Source: Paramecium tetraurelia
Taxonomy: Eukaryota
Length of the DNA stretch: 64,000 nt
Direction of reading: 5' to 3'
Assembly: GCA_000165425.1 (NCBI GenBank)
Contig: CT868659.1
Location: forward strand, 62,001 to 126,000
The notes under the pieces: generated by a model
The model's database searches: none
What the model saw: only the letters and a program-made list of their open reading frames with translations
What the model was told of the DNA's origin: nothing
In this document: piece by piece, positions 40,439-54,423 of the stretch
Position numbering within the stretch: the first letter of the stretch is position 1
How the letters are laid out: every line of letters starts with the position of its first letter
Position numbers and translations under genes: made by a program

Positions 40439-40471
40439 ATCCAAAATTAAATATTTATGTTAAAATATTCA

Positions 40472-42112
40472 TCATTCAATCACTTCCTCAATAGCAATTT
40501 CATCATATTTCGACTAGAACATTTAATAATACTCTGTGGACATCAAAACTAAATGTTTCTATGGACTCTCAAGTCTAGTTACTTTAGTATTAAACTCTTT
40601 CAACTGCTTTGTACAATGTTTCTTAGCTGCATGCAAATCAGGGACATAATCATAATCCACAGGTTGCAATAAGCTCTCAATAAAGGTTGGCTTTATGTGA
40701 TATCGCTATTTGTTTATGTGATCAATGCATTTGAATTCATTATTCTCAGGTAAATAATTAATTGATGTGATAATATCTACACATTAATCACTCCTTGTAT
40801 AAACCCTATAAACATTCTTTTAACCTGGGAAAGTAGTTTTATCATACTCTTCAGACAATTTCATCACAATCTAATTTTTACACTCCACCAATTTATAGAC
40901 CAGACCCAAAGCTGGTTATTTTTAACATGTTACCAAATGAGTACCTATTCCAAATATATCTATTTTGTGTCCTTTCTTATTGAAATGTATCAGTGCTTCT
41001 TCATTGATATCATTTGATGCAGCAACCTTAAGATGAGAGACATCCTTCTCAAATTGATCTCCATAATGCTTAAATATCTCCTTTGCTTATCTATTTATCT
41101 AATAAATGTGAATTACATTGATAACTAAGCCAAGTCTCCAGAATCTAAACGAATGCCTTTGGCCTTAATTCCAGCATCATCTAAAGCAAATGCAACAGCC
41201 AAAAAGTTTGGAACTCCAGACTTCAATGTATGATAGGTGTCAACCAAACATAAAAAGTTGTTTGAACAAGATTAAGCATAGGCTATAAAGGAAGCCAATT
41301 CGCCTTGATTAGTTTTCACTCCCATCTTCTTATGATATTCAATTGCTCTTAACTTGATATTGACACCATTTAATTCTGCAGATTCTACATCATTCAATTC
41401 TGAAAAGGATGTAACAAATGAATGTGCTATGGTACCTGATACTGGTATTCCCAATCGTAATCCAGCCATCATATTGCTTGTGCCATCAAATCCCCCCAAA
41501 AATGAATATTGAGTGGCACTCATACCTCCATCAGGTCCTTATGCTCTTCTCAATCCAAATTCAAGTAAATGAGCTGACCCGGCCAATTGTCTCATTCTAC
41601 TTGCGTTGGTAGCTATTAATGATGGAAATGAAACCAAATTAACTAAATTTATAATTGATCTCATATACTGACTGCTGTTTCTATGAGTTAACATATGCCT
41701 TGTGGTCCTTCTATGCTAATCAAGGGTTCCTTGGGGAAACAAATCGATCCTTCAGGCATTGCTCTGATTTTAACTTGAGAAGAATCTAAATTCCTAAGAT
41801 ATTCGAAAAATTTCGGGTTAGCATCTGATGGCAAAATACTTTTAAATGTTTTATATCTTTTCTTTACTTCTGTTTCACAAATTCGATTTCTTCTTCTGTA
41901 AATTTAAAATTCTTAATATAACGAACAACTTCGTTTAGACCGGCAAAGATGACATATTGACCTCCGAATGGGCATTTCCTAAAAAGCAATTCGAAGGCTG
42001 TCTAATCATTTTCCATTTTATTTTGGAAGAATGAATAGGTCATCACTAGCTTGTACGAGTCATTTAGTAGAGCTCCTAAGATGTCTTGGTGTCCTCCTCC
42101 TGTTTACTACAT
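40472..42112 (-). CDS. NAPRT: Nicotinate phosphoribosyltransferase
   Basis: [82 protein letters not shown]...[10 protein letters not shown]. Confidence 0.96.
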
Positions 42113-42133
42113 TTAATTAATTAATTATTCACA

Positions 42134-43190
42134 ATGAAATAAATGAGAGAGAATTTCCATGTTAAAATAAGAGCTGAGCAAAGGCAGAAAGAGTTCGCAA
42201 AAAGGAGAATTATCAAATTACAAGCCACTCCCCAATACTTCAGATAGGCAGTTCTCGAGAATCCAATTAGTGAATTGCTAAAGGATATTGATTAACCTGA
42301 TTATTTGTAGTTCATCTCTTTTTTAAGTTCAGTTGAAGATTATTAATGCAACAAGTACATGGCAGATCAAGGGGTTCTGGTAGTCACAATTGAAAAGACT
42401 ATCAGCCTTTTGAAGAATTATACATAGAATTCAACTTAAGAAGCAAGTCTAAATTATGTAATTATAAATTTGAGTGAAATTTTAGTTACTTTCCATAATT
42501 GGAAATTTAATTGATTTCATTCAATTCCCAGATGATAAAATTAGATTGATAATCTAAAGAGCCATTGAAATCAGCAATTATTCCCTGACAGAATTTAAAC
42601 TTACACTAATTTGGTTGATCGATGAATATCATAAGAAGGAAAAATTGTAAGAAGATTTCTTATTTTGTGTAATAAACTTCTTGTTCAACCATATGGGTAG
42701 AAAAGACCTTACATCTGCTGTCTTTGATACAATCATAAATTTGCAATGTAATTAACCAGTGTATTTGTCAAAGGAGAATTTGGATGAATTAGCAAAACAT
42801 ATTGGAGATGATGATAATTAAACAGTTTAAAAAAGTCTATTCATACTAGTCAATTATTTAGAGATTGCAAAGAAAATAGAATTGGATGAAGATGTTATAA
42901 TATTATTAAATGAACTCTTTAAAAATAAGGACTACTTGGCCTTATTAAGACTTTGCAATATATTGTATCCAAGAATATAACTTGAACCTAAGTTAATCCT
43001 GTAGCGAATGCAAATGTGCGCATTTGGACTCAAACTATAGGAATATTTTGCTTTAATTAATAAGTTGATTGCCGACAATATAGTATGTCCTTAAGAATAC
43101 TTGAAATCTTTATAAAATATAGAAATGGAGAATTAGTGTGAAAATAATAAATCTATGATTTTATAATAAATATCTTAATATCAGGATTGA
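42134..43190 (+). CDS. Divergent importin-alpha-like ARM protein with IBB-like N-terminus
   Basis: MRENFHVKIRAEQRQKEFAKRR resembles an importin-beta-binding motif; ARM-like LLSIIGNLID after a 28-nt intron. Confidence 0.6.
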
Positions 43191-44493
43191 TGTAAATATA
43201 TATATTATTCGATATCGCTAATTAAGTCGAGTAGTTGATGACGCATCGGTTTGAAAGTGTATTTGAATCCAAGTAGGTTTCTGTTTGGAGAGAGATGGTT
43301 GATGTTGACTCTCTCTAACTTCTCAGGGTAGTTCTTGAAAGCGTGGAACTTTTGCAAGTATTGTTTGAACCGTTCAACTGACTAGATAGTGAATTAATGG
43401 GAATACATTCTTTTTTTAATCTGATTTCATTCTTTATTCTAGTTATTCCTCAATGGTTTATTTTAGAATAGATTTGGTTTAATTCATTACAGGTATCTTC
43501 TTTTCAAAGAACTTTCTTTTGAGTTGTCTTTCATGCAATTCCTTTACATTTTCAAACATGTCAACGTCATTTTGAAGCACTCCATTTTTGGTTACACATC
43601 TTTGAGGTCGATTTGGAGTGGCTACTTCGACTTAGAATTCAGGATCAGATAAGATTTAATTATTTAAAGTGCCAAAATCCATTTAAGTCGTTAATTTTAT
43701 ATCAGTGTCATTTCCTTAAATTAAACCTAATTTCGATAAGACCATGTTGTTCATGACTTATGATTGATAATTGATTTTCTTAATGTATGCTTTGATTGAT
43801 TCGACAGAATGATTTTTGGCTGCGCTGTCGTTTGATTCCTTAATGAAGTTCATGGCTCTGTCGTGATATTCTTGAGCTAACCTCAATTCGCCTTGTACAT
43901 AATAGAGCACTCCAAAATAATCATAAATAGTGGCTTCATTCTCTGTATCATTTAAATACCAGACATATTATAAAGCCTTTTTAAGGTATAGTTTGCTTAA
44001 ATGATATGATTGTTGTAATTTACACAAATCTCCCATTTGTATGAGTGCTTCAATTTTGAGTGTTTGATTATTTTAAACATCCGCCAGAATGCGTAACACA
44101 TTATATATGTATAACCCATTATTGAACTCTCTATTTGATATATACATGTCCGCTAATAAATGCAATGATTTCCCAAAAATAGTTAGATCATAACCAATAC
44201 TTTGTTAAACCAATTTTTTTGTTACTATTGTATTGGATTAATCATTTACTCTCTAAAGCTTCATCCAATTATCTTTCGTAAATGCATTTTATCAATTCCT
44301 TTTTTTGAGTGTTCAGCTAAACCAGAACTCCATTCTCCTCCAAAACAAGTTTCCTTGATGACGATAGAACCTGATTGTGTTTGGTGTTCAGATAAGGCAA
44401 TTTGGGAATTTTACGAGAAGAAATGCTATGATTGTTAATCGTTGTTTCTATCTAAGAAGTATTTGTAACTAGTTTTGTTTTGATGGATTTCAT
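43181..44493 (-). CDS. TPR-repeat protein
   Basis: IEALIQMGDLCKLQQSYHLSKLYLKKALQYVWY...IYDYFGVLYYVQGELRLAQEYHDRA; late intron near 43382-43406; C-terminal HLSPNRN; stop TGA at 43181-43183. Confidence 0.8.
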
Positions 44494-44738
44494 AAATATT
44501 TAATAAATACAATCAAAATTCAGAATATTCAATTTAGCTAAGTTTTTCCAGTGATAAATCGTTCTCCCCATAAGAATTCAAAATAATTAAACACTATACT
44601 ATACTGATTCCAACTATTAAAACAAACATGTTTAATTTTCAATCGAGATGGATTAATAGGTCCCTGGATGTATTGGATAATGAAGACTCAGTTTAGAAAA
44701 ATGTTAGATAAATATTTTCATTAATATTATAAAACGGA

Positions 44739-46370
44739 ATGCTCTATATATTAGCCCTAGCATAGTTACTATCCTTGGTAGTCACTTAGGATCCCGTGGA
44801 TAAGTTGTTCGAGTTTCAGTAGCTCATGAAACAAAAAACTAAAGTCCCAAGTAATCGTTTTTTACCTATTCCATAGAACAGAAAATTAGTGAATATGATA
44901 GTTCAGACATATTCAGCGAGGGGTATATTACTGTAAGTGAGCAATCAGAGGATGAGGAATATCAACAATATGATGAGATATCACAATATGATGAAGTGGA
45001 TGAACTAGGTAATGAATCTATTGATGCTGAACTGATTATTCAACAATAAAAGGAATAATAAAGAATGGAATAGTAGAGAATTGAATAATAGAAGATTGAA
45101 TAACAGAGAATCGAATAATAAAGATTGGAATAATAAAGGTAAGAATAATTGAGATTAGAATAATAAATGAAGGAATAATAATTGGTAGAGTAATAGAGGT
45201 TAGAAAGATTGAAATTTGAATAACAATAACAATAATAAATTCTTGAAAATGAAAAGAAAAAAAAATAAATCATTGAAATTCCAGAATAATGGAGTGAGGA
45301 TGATGAGAATTAAGTTATATAAGTGCCTAAATAATAAAAGAGGAGGAAACAAAAGAAACCAGAATTTGATGACCATTAAATATTAGAAGTCTTAAACTCT
45401 GCTAAGAAAACAAAAGTTTAATCTCTTGAAGATTTAGAAGAAATGGAAAAGAAAATAGTTAAGAAGAAATAAAAGAGAGAGCCAGCTCCATAAGATGAAT
45501 TTGTATAGAAAGTACCAGCTTAGAACTAAACCTTTATTCATTTCAATAATAAAAATAATTATTTAGAATTAGCCCCTTGTAGCAATAATCCTATTTAATA
45601 AAGAGCCTGTAGTTTATGTAAAAGTGAGGTAGGATACTAATTAGATGATGACAATTGGTACATGATTGGCTTATAACACGGCTACAAGAAGGAATTTCTT
45701 TTATTGATAGAAATCACTAAATAGTCCTTTGGAGATAGTCAGTTGTATTTGAGTTTCTCATCCAATGGATCTGCATGTATGACAAGTGATACTCTCAAAT
45801 AGGATATTGATGTTGAGAATGTTTTGTAAAGGTTTTCAGGTAAATCATGGAGACACTTTATCAAAAATGAATTGTTTGCTCTTCCATAAAAGCTGGAAGG
45901 CAGAAGCTTTCAATTCAAGGCAATATACTAGAACAAACAATTTGCATTTTCAGATTTTGAAATCAAACTTGCATCCAATCTTATTCAGGAATTAAAGTCC
46001 TTATCTAAATAGGAGGTTTCCATTAGAACCAATACAGTTGAATTCATTGGAGAATCAGTAAACAATATTATTGATAGAATAGTTGTAATGCACATTAACA
46101 GGATTGATGAAGTAACAAAATGATGAGTTGCCATTCTCCTTAAAATTCAAGAATGGTGAGAGTACATCAGAACTTCTAATTCCAAATTGTTAGATTCCAT
46201 TGCACAATGAAATCCTGTATGGAGTTTCAGACTTGTATTTTGGAGAGTACTTCAAAGAGACTTTACAATAGAAATTGAAAGGAAGCTTTAGAGGGGATTT
46301 TAATGCCACGACTTCATTTGAGAATGGGAAATTGAAAGTGAGATTGGCAATGAAGAAATTTAATAAATGA
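44739..46370 (+). CDS. Predicted secreted/lumenal protein with Q/E-rich repeats and a C-terminal globular domain
   Basis: Signal-peptide-like MLYILALAQLLSLVVT; acidic tract; EQQ(R/K)(I/L) repeats; two short introns restore the frame to TGA 46368-46370. An upstream in-frame ATG at 44628 is possible. Confidence 0.65.
45041..45240 (+). repeat. Imperfect 15-nt coding repeat (EQQRI/EQQKI/EQQRL)
   Basis: gaataatag/aagatt-type units; Gln encoded mostly by TAA/TAG. Confidence 0.7.
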
Positions 46371-46386
46371 TTAATGCATCTATATA

Positions 46387-46974
46387 TCACTCATGTTTTT
46401 ATTTTGGTTTTTCCAGAAGACCCAATTAATTGAGTTACAACACTAGTTTGTCAAATATTATTATTGCACCTAAATATATAAACACGTAAATACCTCTGGT
46501 TTTAGGATAATACATCCAAATAAGAGTCATGTTTTTGATGGGGAAATACAATTACAATAGGTCATGGAATGCGAACCACATCACTCTGTCCAATAGAAAC
46601 ATGAGTAAATAAATCACCCAATAAGAAAGCCACATCTTAGATTTTGCATCATCCTTTTATTTCACACATTAAACACTCATGTACGCAGGATATAGAATAC
46701 CAATCAATATTTTGACTAACAAATTTCCAGCTCCAAATATTGTGAGTGTGAAGGCAACAAAAATTATACCTAAAACCAATTATCCAGGATTGACATTAAA
46801 TTTTTGAGCAATATGTTATAGTGGAGCTACATCACTAAAATCATCTGAAATTCTCTTAAATATCTCATCTAAATTTTCTAATTGAGGCTCTTTCTCTGGT
46901 CTTTTAGGTCCTGAAGGTGGTGCAGGTTTATTTTCAATACTTTGATCTATTTCTTACACTTTTTCTTCAGACAT
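46387..46974 (-). CDS. REEP/DP1/Yop1 (TB2/HVA22) ER-shaping protein
   Basis: IGILYPAYMSVQCVKQKDDAKSKMWLSYWVIY...YHPKTR/GAIIIFD after a 24-nt intron. Confidence 0.9.
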
Positions 46975-47087
46975 AAAATTTGATATTTAATTTAAACAAT
47001 ATTAACACACCCATGTTAGGATTATTTTTGGTTCAAACCACAACGTAGATGAAAATCTGTTATTTGAAATTATATATAAATTAAAAA

Positions 47088-48707
<1,620 letters not shown>

Positions 48708-49971
48708 TTAATTTATATTTAAAGTTTTCTCATATGAATTTCTCCTACAAAATACTATTTTGATGTATCCAAAATAAGGAGAACAAAGGACAACAAAAGA
48801 AAAGTTTTGGAAATATGATCCAAAATAGTTACATCAATAATACTAAAATGATATTAAATCAATCAAACGAAATTTTTCTTTGGATTTTGAGGAAATCAAT
48901 TACTTAAAATGCCATTTCATGCAAAATTAAATTTGGTTATTAAAATTACTCATAGAGTACACTTAAACACTGAATGTAAATCTATAAATTTAAAATTATA
49001 TGTTAAAAATAATTATCATTTTTATAGTCCAAGTAATCATAGTTCTAAAGACTATTAATGGAAAAATATATAAACCATGAATACTCTTGTTTCATGATAT
49101 TTCAACATTTTTTTCACATATTGCTTGTAATTTTCAGAATAATTGATACAATATCTCAATTAAAAATATACTAAAGTTAAATTTGACAATCTAAAGTAAT
49201 ATTGAAGATATGACAGAAGTAAATGCTATTTTGTTTCTATAAATTCTCAATAATATATCTTAATTTTATAAACATTATTTAGATTAATTAAATTGTAATT
49301 TCTCGAAAATAAGAATTTCATTTTCTTCGCATATTAAATTACTTTCTTTATTTCTATCGTTTGCAATAAAACAATTAGATGGAAAGGAATATGGTTCTAA
49401 AAATTTCGTTTATAATTTTAAATCAAAACTAATCACTTAAGAGCGATTCTCTCATATATAACTGAGATTATCAATAATAATTTATACATAGAAACAGGAT
49501 ATTACTTACCTCTAAATTGAACTTATTTGATTTATTTTTTTTATAGATGTGAATATAATATTAAATGTTGCCTTATTTTTCCATAATTATCCACTTATCT
49601 ACTAAATACATTCTGACTTCTGTAAATAGTTTAGAAATTGATAATCAAATGCGTAGAGTAGAAAATGAATAGAAATTAAAACATAGTAAATATTAAATAT
49701 TAAAACCATAATTGGTAAAATATCAATAAAGAATCTGAAGTTTATAATACTCGTGCTACTCATATAGCATAAATCTGTTTAATTATGAATTGTTATAAAT
49801 GATAAAGTTGTATATTAGAGTGTAATTTCAGTGGATGTGATTTGCAAGGAAACAAGGAATAAAATGAGTTTAGATCAATTGGATGTTGTAGGATATGTGA
49901 TTAGATAGTATTTTGTCAAGGTTATAAGCTATAAAATTATATCAAAATGATATTAATATTTTTAAATTTCT

Positions 49972-51927
49972 ATGCTTAATCATTCGCTCTCTCCTCCATT
50001 ATAAAGCTAATCCTCTTAAAATGCATTAACGGTTCTACCGCCTTCTGCTAATATTTCAGCAAAATAGAAAATTCATGTGTCAAATTTACCTCTTAACATT
50101 ACTGCTCATCATTTGTAATAAGCATTTTAAACTTATGGACATATTATAGACATTAGGATAATTAGGAAAACTCCAAATGGTAATAGTCCATCCTATGATA
50201 GGGCTTCCACTTAATTTATCGTGTTATGCATTTATTGCATTTGCTGATAACGAATCAGCCGAAAAAGCTATAAAGGATGGTGGTTTAGCTGATTGGAGTG
50301 TCAAACCTTAAATTGATAAATAAATGGTTGTTAAGTAGAGATCTCGTTCAAGATCGAGGTCATAAGAGAAACATAGATAAGTGATTACAAGTGGTCATAT
50401 TATTCCATTAGAACAATCCCCAAAAATATAAATCCAACTATACGTGAGGGAATTATTTGTTAATGGTATATCGAAGAACTACGATGAACCACGAATTAGA
50501 TAGGTATTTCAATGTGAAAATTATAGATTTTTTCTTAATTTGGTTCTATAGAGAGGATTGATCTGTATCCGAATAAGCATAATATATTTAACAGTTATAT
50601 AAAATTTTTTACTGTATAAACGTTTTTTTATTTGAATTTAGATAGAATAAGCTATTTATGCTTTTTAAAATTTGGATAGTATATAGTAATAGTTTTCTAC
50701 TCAAATAAAAATATATTTTTCCGATCCTATCAAAAGACATAATATAGTTGGAAATAAGTAAACACAATTTTATAGCCTTTTTAGTTTATAAAATGAATCA
50801 TAATCTAAACTTTCATCAGTATTATTTATATTTTTTCCTCCGAATTCAAATAAAAAAGTCGATCATGCATTTTTATTAGAAGTAATGTTTCAAAAATCAT
50901 ATTTTGAAAGATTTGTTAAAATAATAAATGTCGCCCTCTCCTTTGGAATTACTATCAATAAGATTCTAATTATAAATCCTACACTCTCCTCTAATTTAAA
51001 GATACTCACCAAGCAATTCAGATGAGAACATACTTGCAATAAAACGCCGCAAATCTTCTAGGAGATCCAAAATGTGAAGTGGGAATAGTCTCAATTCCTA
51101 CACCTCAACAATTTTAACCTCAACTGCCCATAATGATACAATAATAGTAATTTACAAATAACGTCATGATGCCTCAACAAATCCCACCCCAAAAACTTCA
51201 GATGCCCTACCAAATCCCAGCTTATCCTATACAATAATAATAGCCAATTATATACCAATAGATGCATCATCATCATCATCAAATATAAAACAATGAATAG
51301 AGGATAGAACAATAGTAATTTATGGATCCAACCAAATTCTTTTTCCATCAAACTCCAACTTAAAGTGAGCCAAAATCTAGGTCCAACAACCCTTAATAAG
51401 ATTCAACTTAATAAAACGGAAATTAGGAAATTCTAGATGGATTCTTGAACTTTTCTTAAAGTTAATAAAGATAAGATTTAAACGTTTTTTGGAGTGGTTT
51501 TATGTATAGAAGTAAGAGCCACAGGGTGGGAGTGGATGCCTTTTGTGTAGAATCAGATGTAATATTTCTCTAAAATGAATAGCCTCCTATACAGATGAGT
51601 CCATAGATATAAGTTAACTACAAGGGGAATTTCTCTGATGCTAAAAAATGTGCTAATGATTCATTTAAATTCATTTTATGTCCTTCGGATTAAACTTAGG
51701 TATTCTGAATATATGTACATTAATAGCATGGTGCTTTCTAAGAATATATTGATTACTTTCTAGATAAAAAGAAGATCGGGGTGGCTTAATTAGGAAATGG
51801 AGTGCTATATTTGTTGCCACCATGTGAAATTGCTAATTCTATTATGAGTATTTCGGGTTTGGAACTGTTAGCAATATTTTCTGAGGAAAAAAAGAAAGCG
51901 TTAAATTATAGCGTAGATTATCAATGA
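49972..51927 (+). CDS. RRM-RRM(-RRM) + SPOC domain protein (Spen/FPA/RBM15-like)
   Basis: RRM1 IHVSNLPLNIT...YAFIAF, RS tract, RRM2 LFVNGIS...FSQFGSIERI, Q/P-rich linker, SPOC-like FWSGFMY...FQEYIDYFLDKKKIGVAQL...LYLLPPC. Confidence 0.8.
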
Positions 51928-52039
51928 TGATTGTTAAGGATATTTAATTATTTCTAATTTTTAAGAATATTTCGTTTGGAATATAATTCATATATAATTA
52001 TTAAAGAAATAGAAAATCGTTTTATTAATATATTAATAT

Positions 52040-54265
52040 ATGGAGGAATTATTCGCTCTTTAATAACAATTGGCAGAGATATAGGAAACATCAACAAAGT
52101 ATAGATTATCTGATAGAATCATAATTGATTTGATTGAGAAACTAGTTAAAGAATATGATTTGAAGGTTTATCATTCTACAGATGGTCAAAGTTTGGTTAC
52201 TCCAAATTAGTTGTCAAAAGAGATTCATCAACTAATTTTATCAAACAAGAGAGTGGCTGTGAACCAATTGCCTGAAATATTGGGTATAGGGTTTGACAAG
52301 ATCGAAGGATAAATAGAAAAGGATAGCAATGGTTGGGTAATTTTAATATTAAATATTGATAACAGGATGTTGTCAGAATGCAGGATGAAATGATGTCTCA
52401 CGATTATATTCTAAATGTTTGCGAGGAGATCAACGAAGATCTCTAGTAAAAGTCAATTATTTCATTATAAGAAAGTAGGAATTTTAAATTGTATCATAGT
52501 CATGCAGAAGTATGCACTCCCTATGTAGTTTGTAACAAAGTATATCCTTAAACAAGTAGGGGCAGTCATATAAGGAGTATGCAATGAAGACAAATTAACA
52601 ACAGTGACTTATCAAGAGATAATGACAGCAAAACTTTGCGGAATTTTAAGAGCAACTCTGAGTCCTGTGTCATTCTTAAAATTGAATAAAGATTTAGAAA
52701 TTCAAAACTCCTAAAAGATTTGTGAATAATTGTTGATAACCAAATAAATAGATGGGAAGATATTTTCAGGATAGTATGTGAGTTCGAGATTTCTTCAAAA
52801 TCAAGAGGCTCAAGTGAAATCGTTCTTTGATCAAAACTCTTATGTTGAATATGACAAACTTCATTAACAGTTCTTCATCTAAAAACCAAAGGAATATTTG
52901 AAGTAGATGTTCAAAGATAATGTGATATTCTTGGATACTTGTGGATTTAGCAGAGATGCTCTTCTTTCAAAATAGGATTAAATCTAAGAGTTACTGTTGA
53001 ATGAAGGCCACACAAATCTGTAGGAGATATTGCCAGTCATTTTAAGTGATTAAGATATTGAGACTCTCTTCTCATTGATGTAATTGAATAATTGCGAGTA
53101 TGCCAATTTTATGATATATCATAAACCATTTCTAGACAATTTGGCATTGGCATTCAAGGACAAAATAATTGAATCAATATATTAGAATCCTCAGAAACTT
53201 ATTGAATAGCAGCAAAACCAAGATGATACTCCTCAAGATATATAGGCTTCAGCAGGAGGGTTTGCAAGCAAGAAAAACAAAAAATAATAATAGCCACAAA
53301 AAAAGAAGTAGTAAAATAAACAGGAATTATTTACTAATAAAGAAATCACTGATTTACTCACTTAAAAGAAATTAGTTGAGTATAATGATTGCATTGATGA
53401 ATTATTCTAGTTCTTATAGCCAAGATTGTCTGTCTTATATGAGCAAATTAAGATTGAACTATTTGAAAGCAAGAAATCTGCATCCAGTTAGGTAATTTAG
53501 GAGATTCAAAAAAAGATTGAAGATATGGCTCTTGGTCTTCTGATTACTTAGAGATCATTATAGAAAATATAATAAGAATGCCATGAAGTAAATACAAAAG
53601 TATTAGTGGATAATTGTTTATTTGGTTATAGATTGCTTGTTGAGAACCTAGTTGTAATCACATGTAAAAAGTACAATATTCAACTTCCATAAAACCTATT
53701 TGCTGATCCTAATCATCCAAGTGTTGTGAATGGTTAGATTAATTTTGGATTATCAAAGTCTGGAAGAGTATTTTTAAACAAAGTGGCTTTGGGAGAAGCA
53801 ATTCTATTTTTACCAAAGGAGTAACAGAAAGCTTTGAAAGAAACAATGGAATTATACACAAAGAAGTCTTTAAATGTATTATCGCAACATTAATTTTTTG
53901 ATGCTTTCAATTTAAAGGTGCATTTGGATAAAAAAAATGATAGAAATCTGCTTTTGTTTATTAAACACCATTGCAAGGAATACATTAAATAAAGATAGAA
54001 TGAAATTTTCGATGAGAGTGTATTTAATTAAATAATTCTGGCAATGTCAACAGACTTAGGGTTGTATTTTATAGGAAATTATGACTAACATGTTTATTCT
54101 GCTATCAAATAGATTGTTTATGAGTTGTAGAGTGACAAATAGATTAACAGCTTATTAAACAATATCACACGTATATATGATTATCATATTGTAGATTCAA
54201 TAAATCAATAATTGGAAATTACAGCCGAAGCTAAGGAATTATTAGAACTACTAAAGCTCTTATGA
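52040..54265 (+). CDS. UFL1: E3 UFM1-protein ligase 1
   Basis: MEELFALQQQLAEIQETSTKYRLSDRIIIDLIEKL...VYHSTDGQSLVTPNQL is the UFL1 N-terminal signature; basic linker GGFASKKNKK. Confidence 0.88.
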
Positions 54266-54423
54266 TAGAAGTTTAAATTATATAAATATCTAAGAATACA
54301 TATACATATAAATACAGTCATTATTATTGATATCATTACATTAGAAAATAAATTAAAATTTAAGTGAAATACTGATTAAGAGGATAATTTAACAAGAGTT
54401 TTAATATTTTAATTTGTTATTTA

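Noticed and set aside
48710..49970. Long spacer as possible ncRNA locus or retained IES (also 36000-36460, 39200-39710, 57200-57990)
   Set aside because: No tRNA/snRNA/rRNA structure seen. TA-bounded IES ends cannot be called without MIC/MAC comparison. Fragments look like gene remnants
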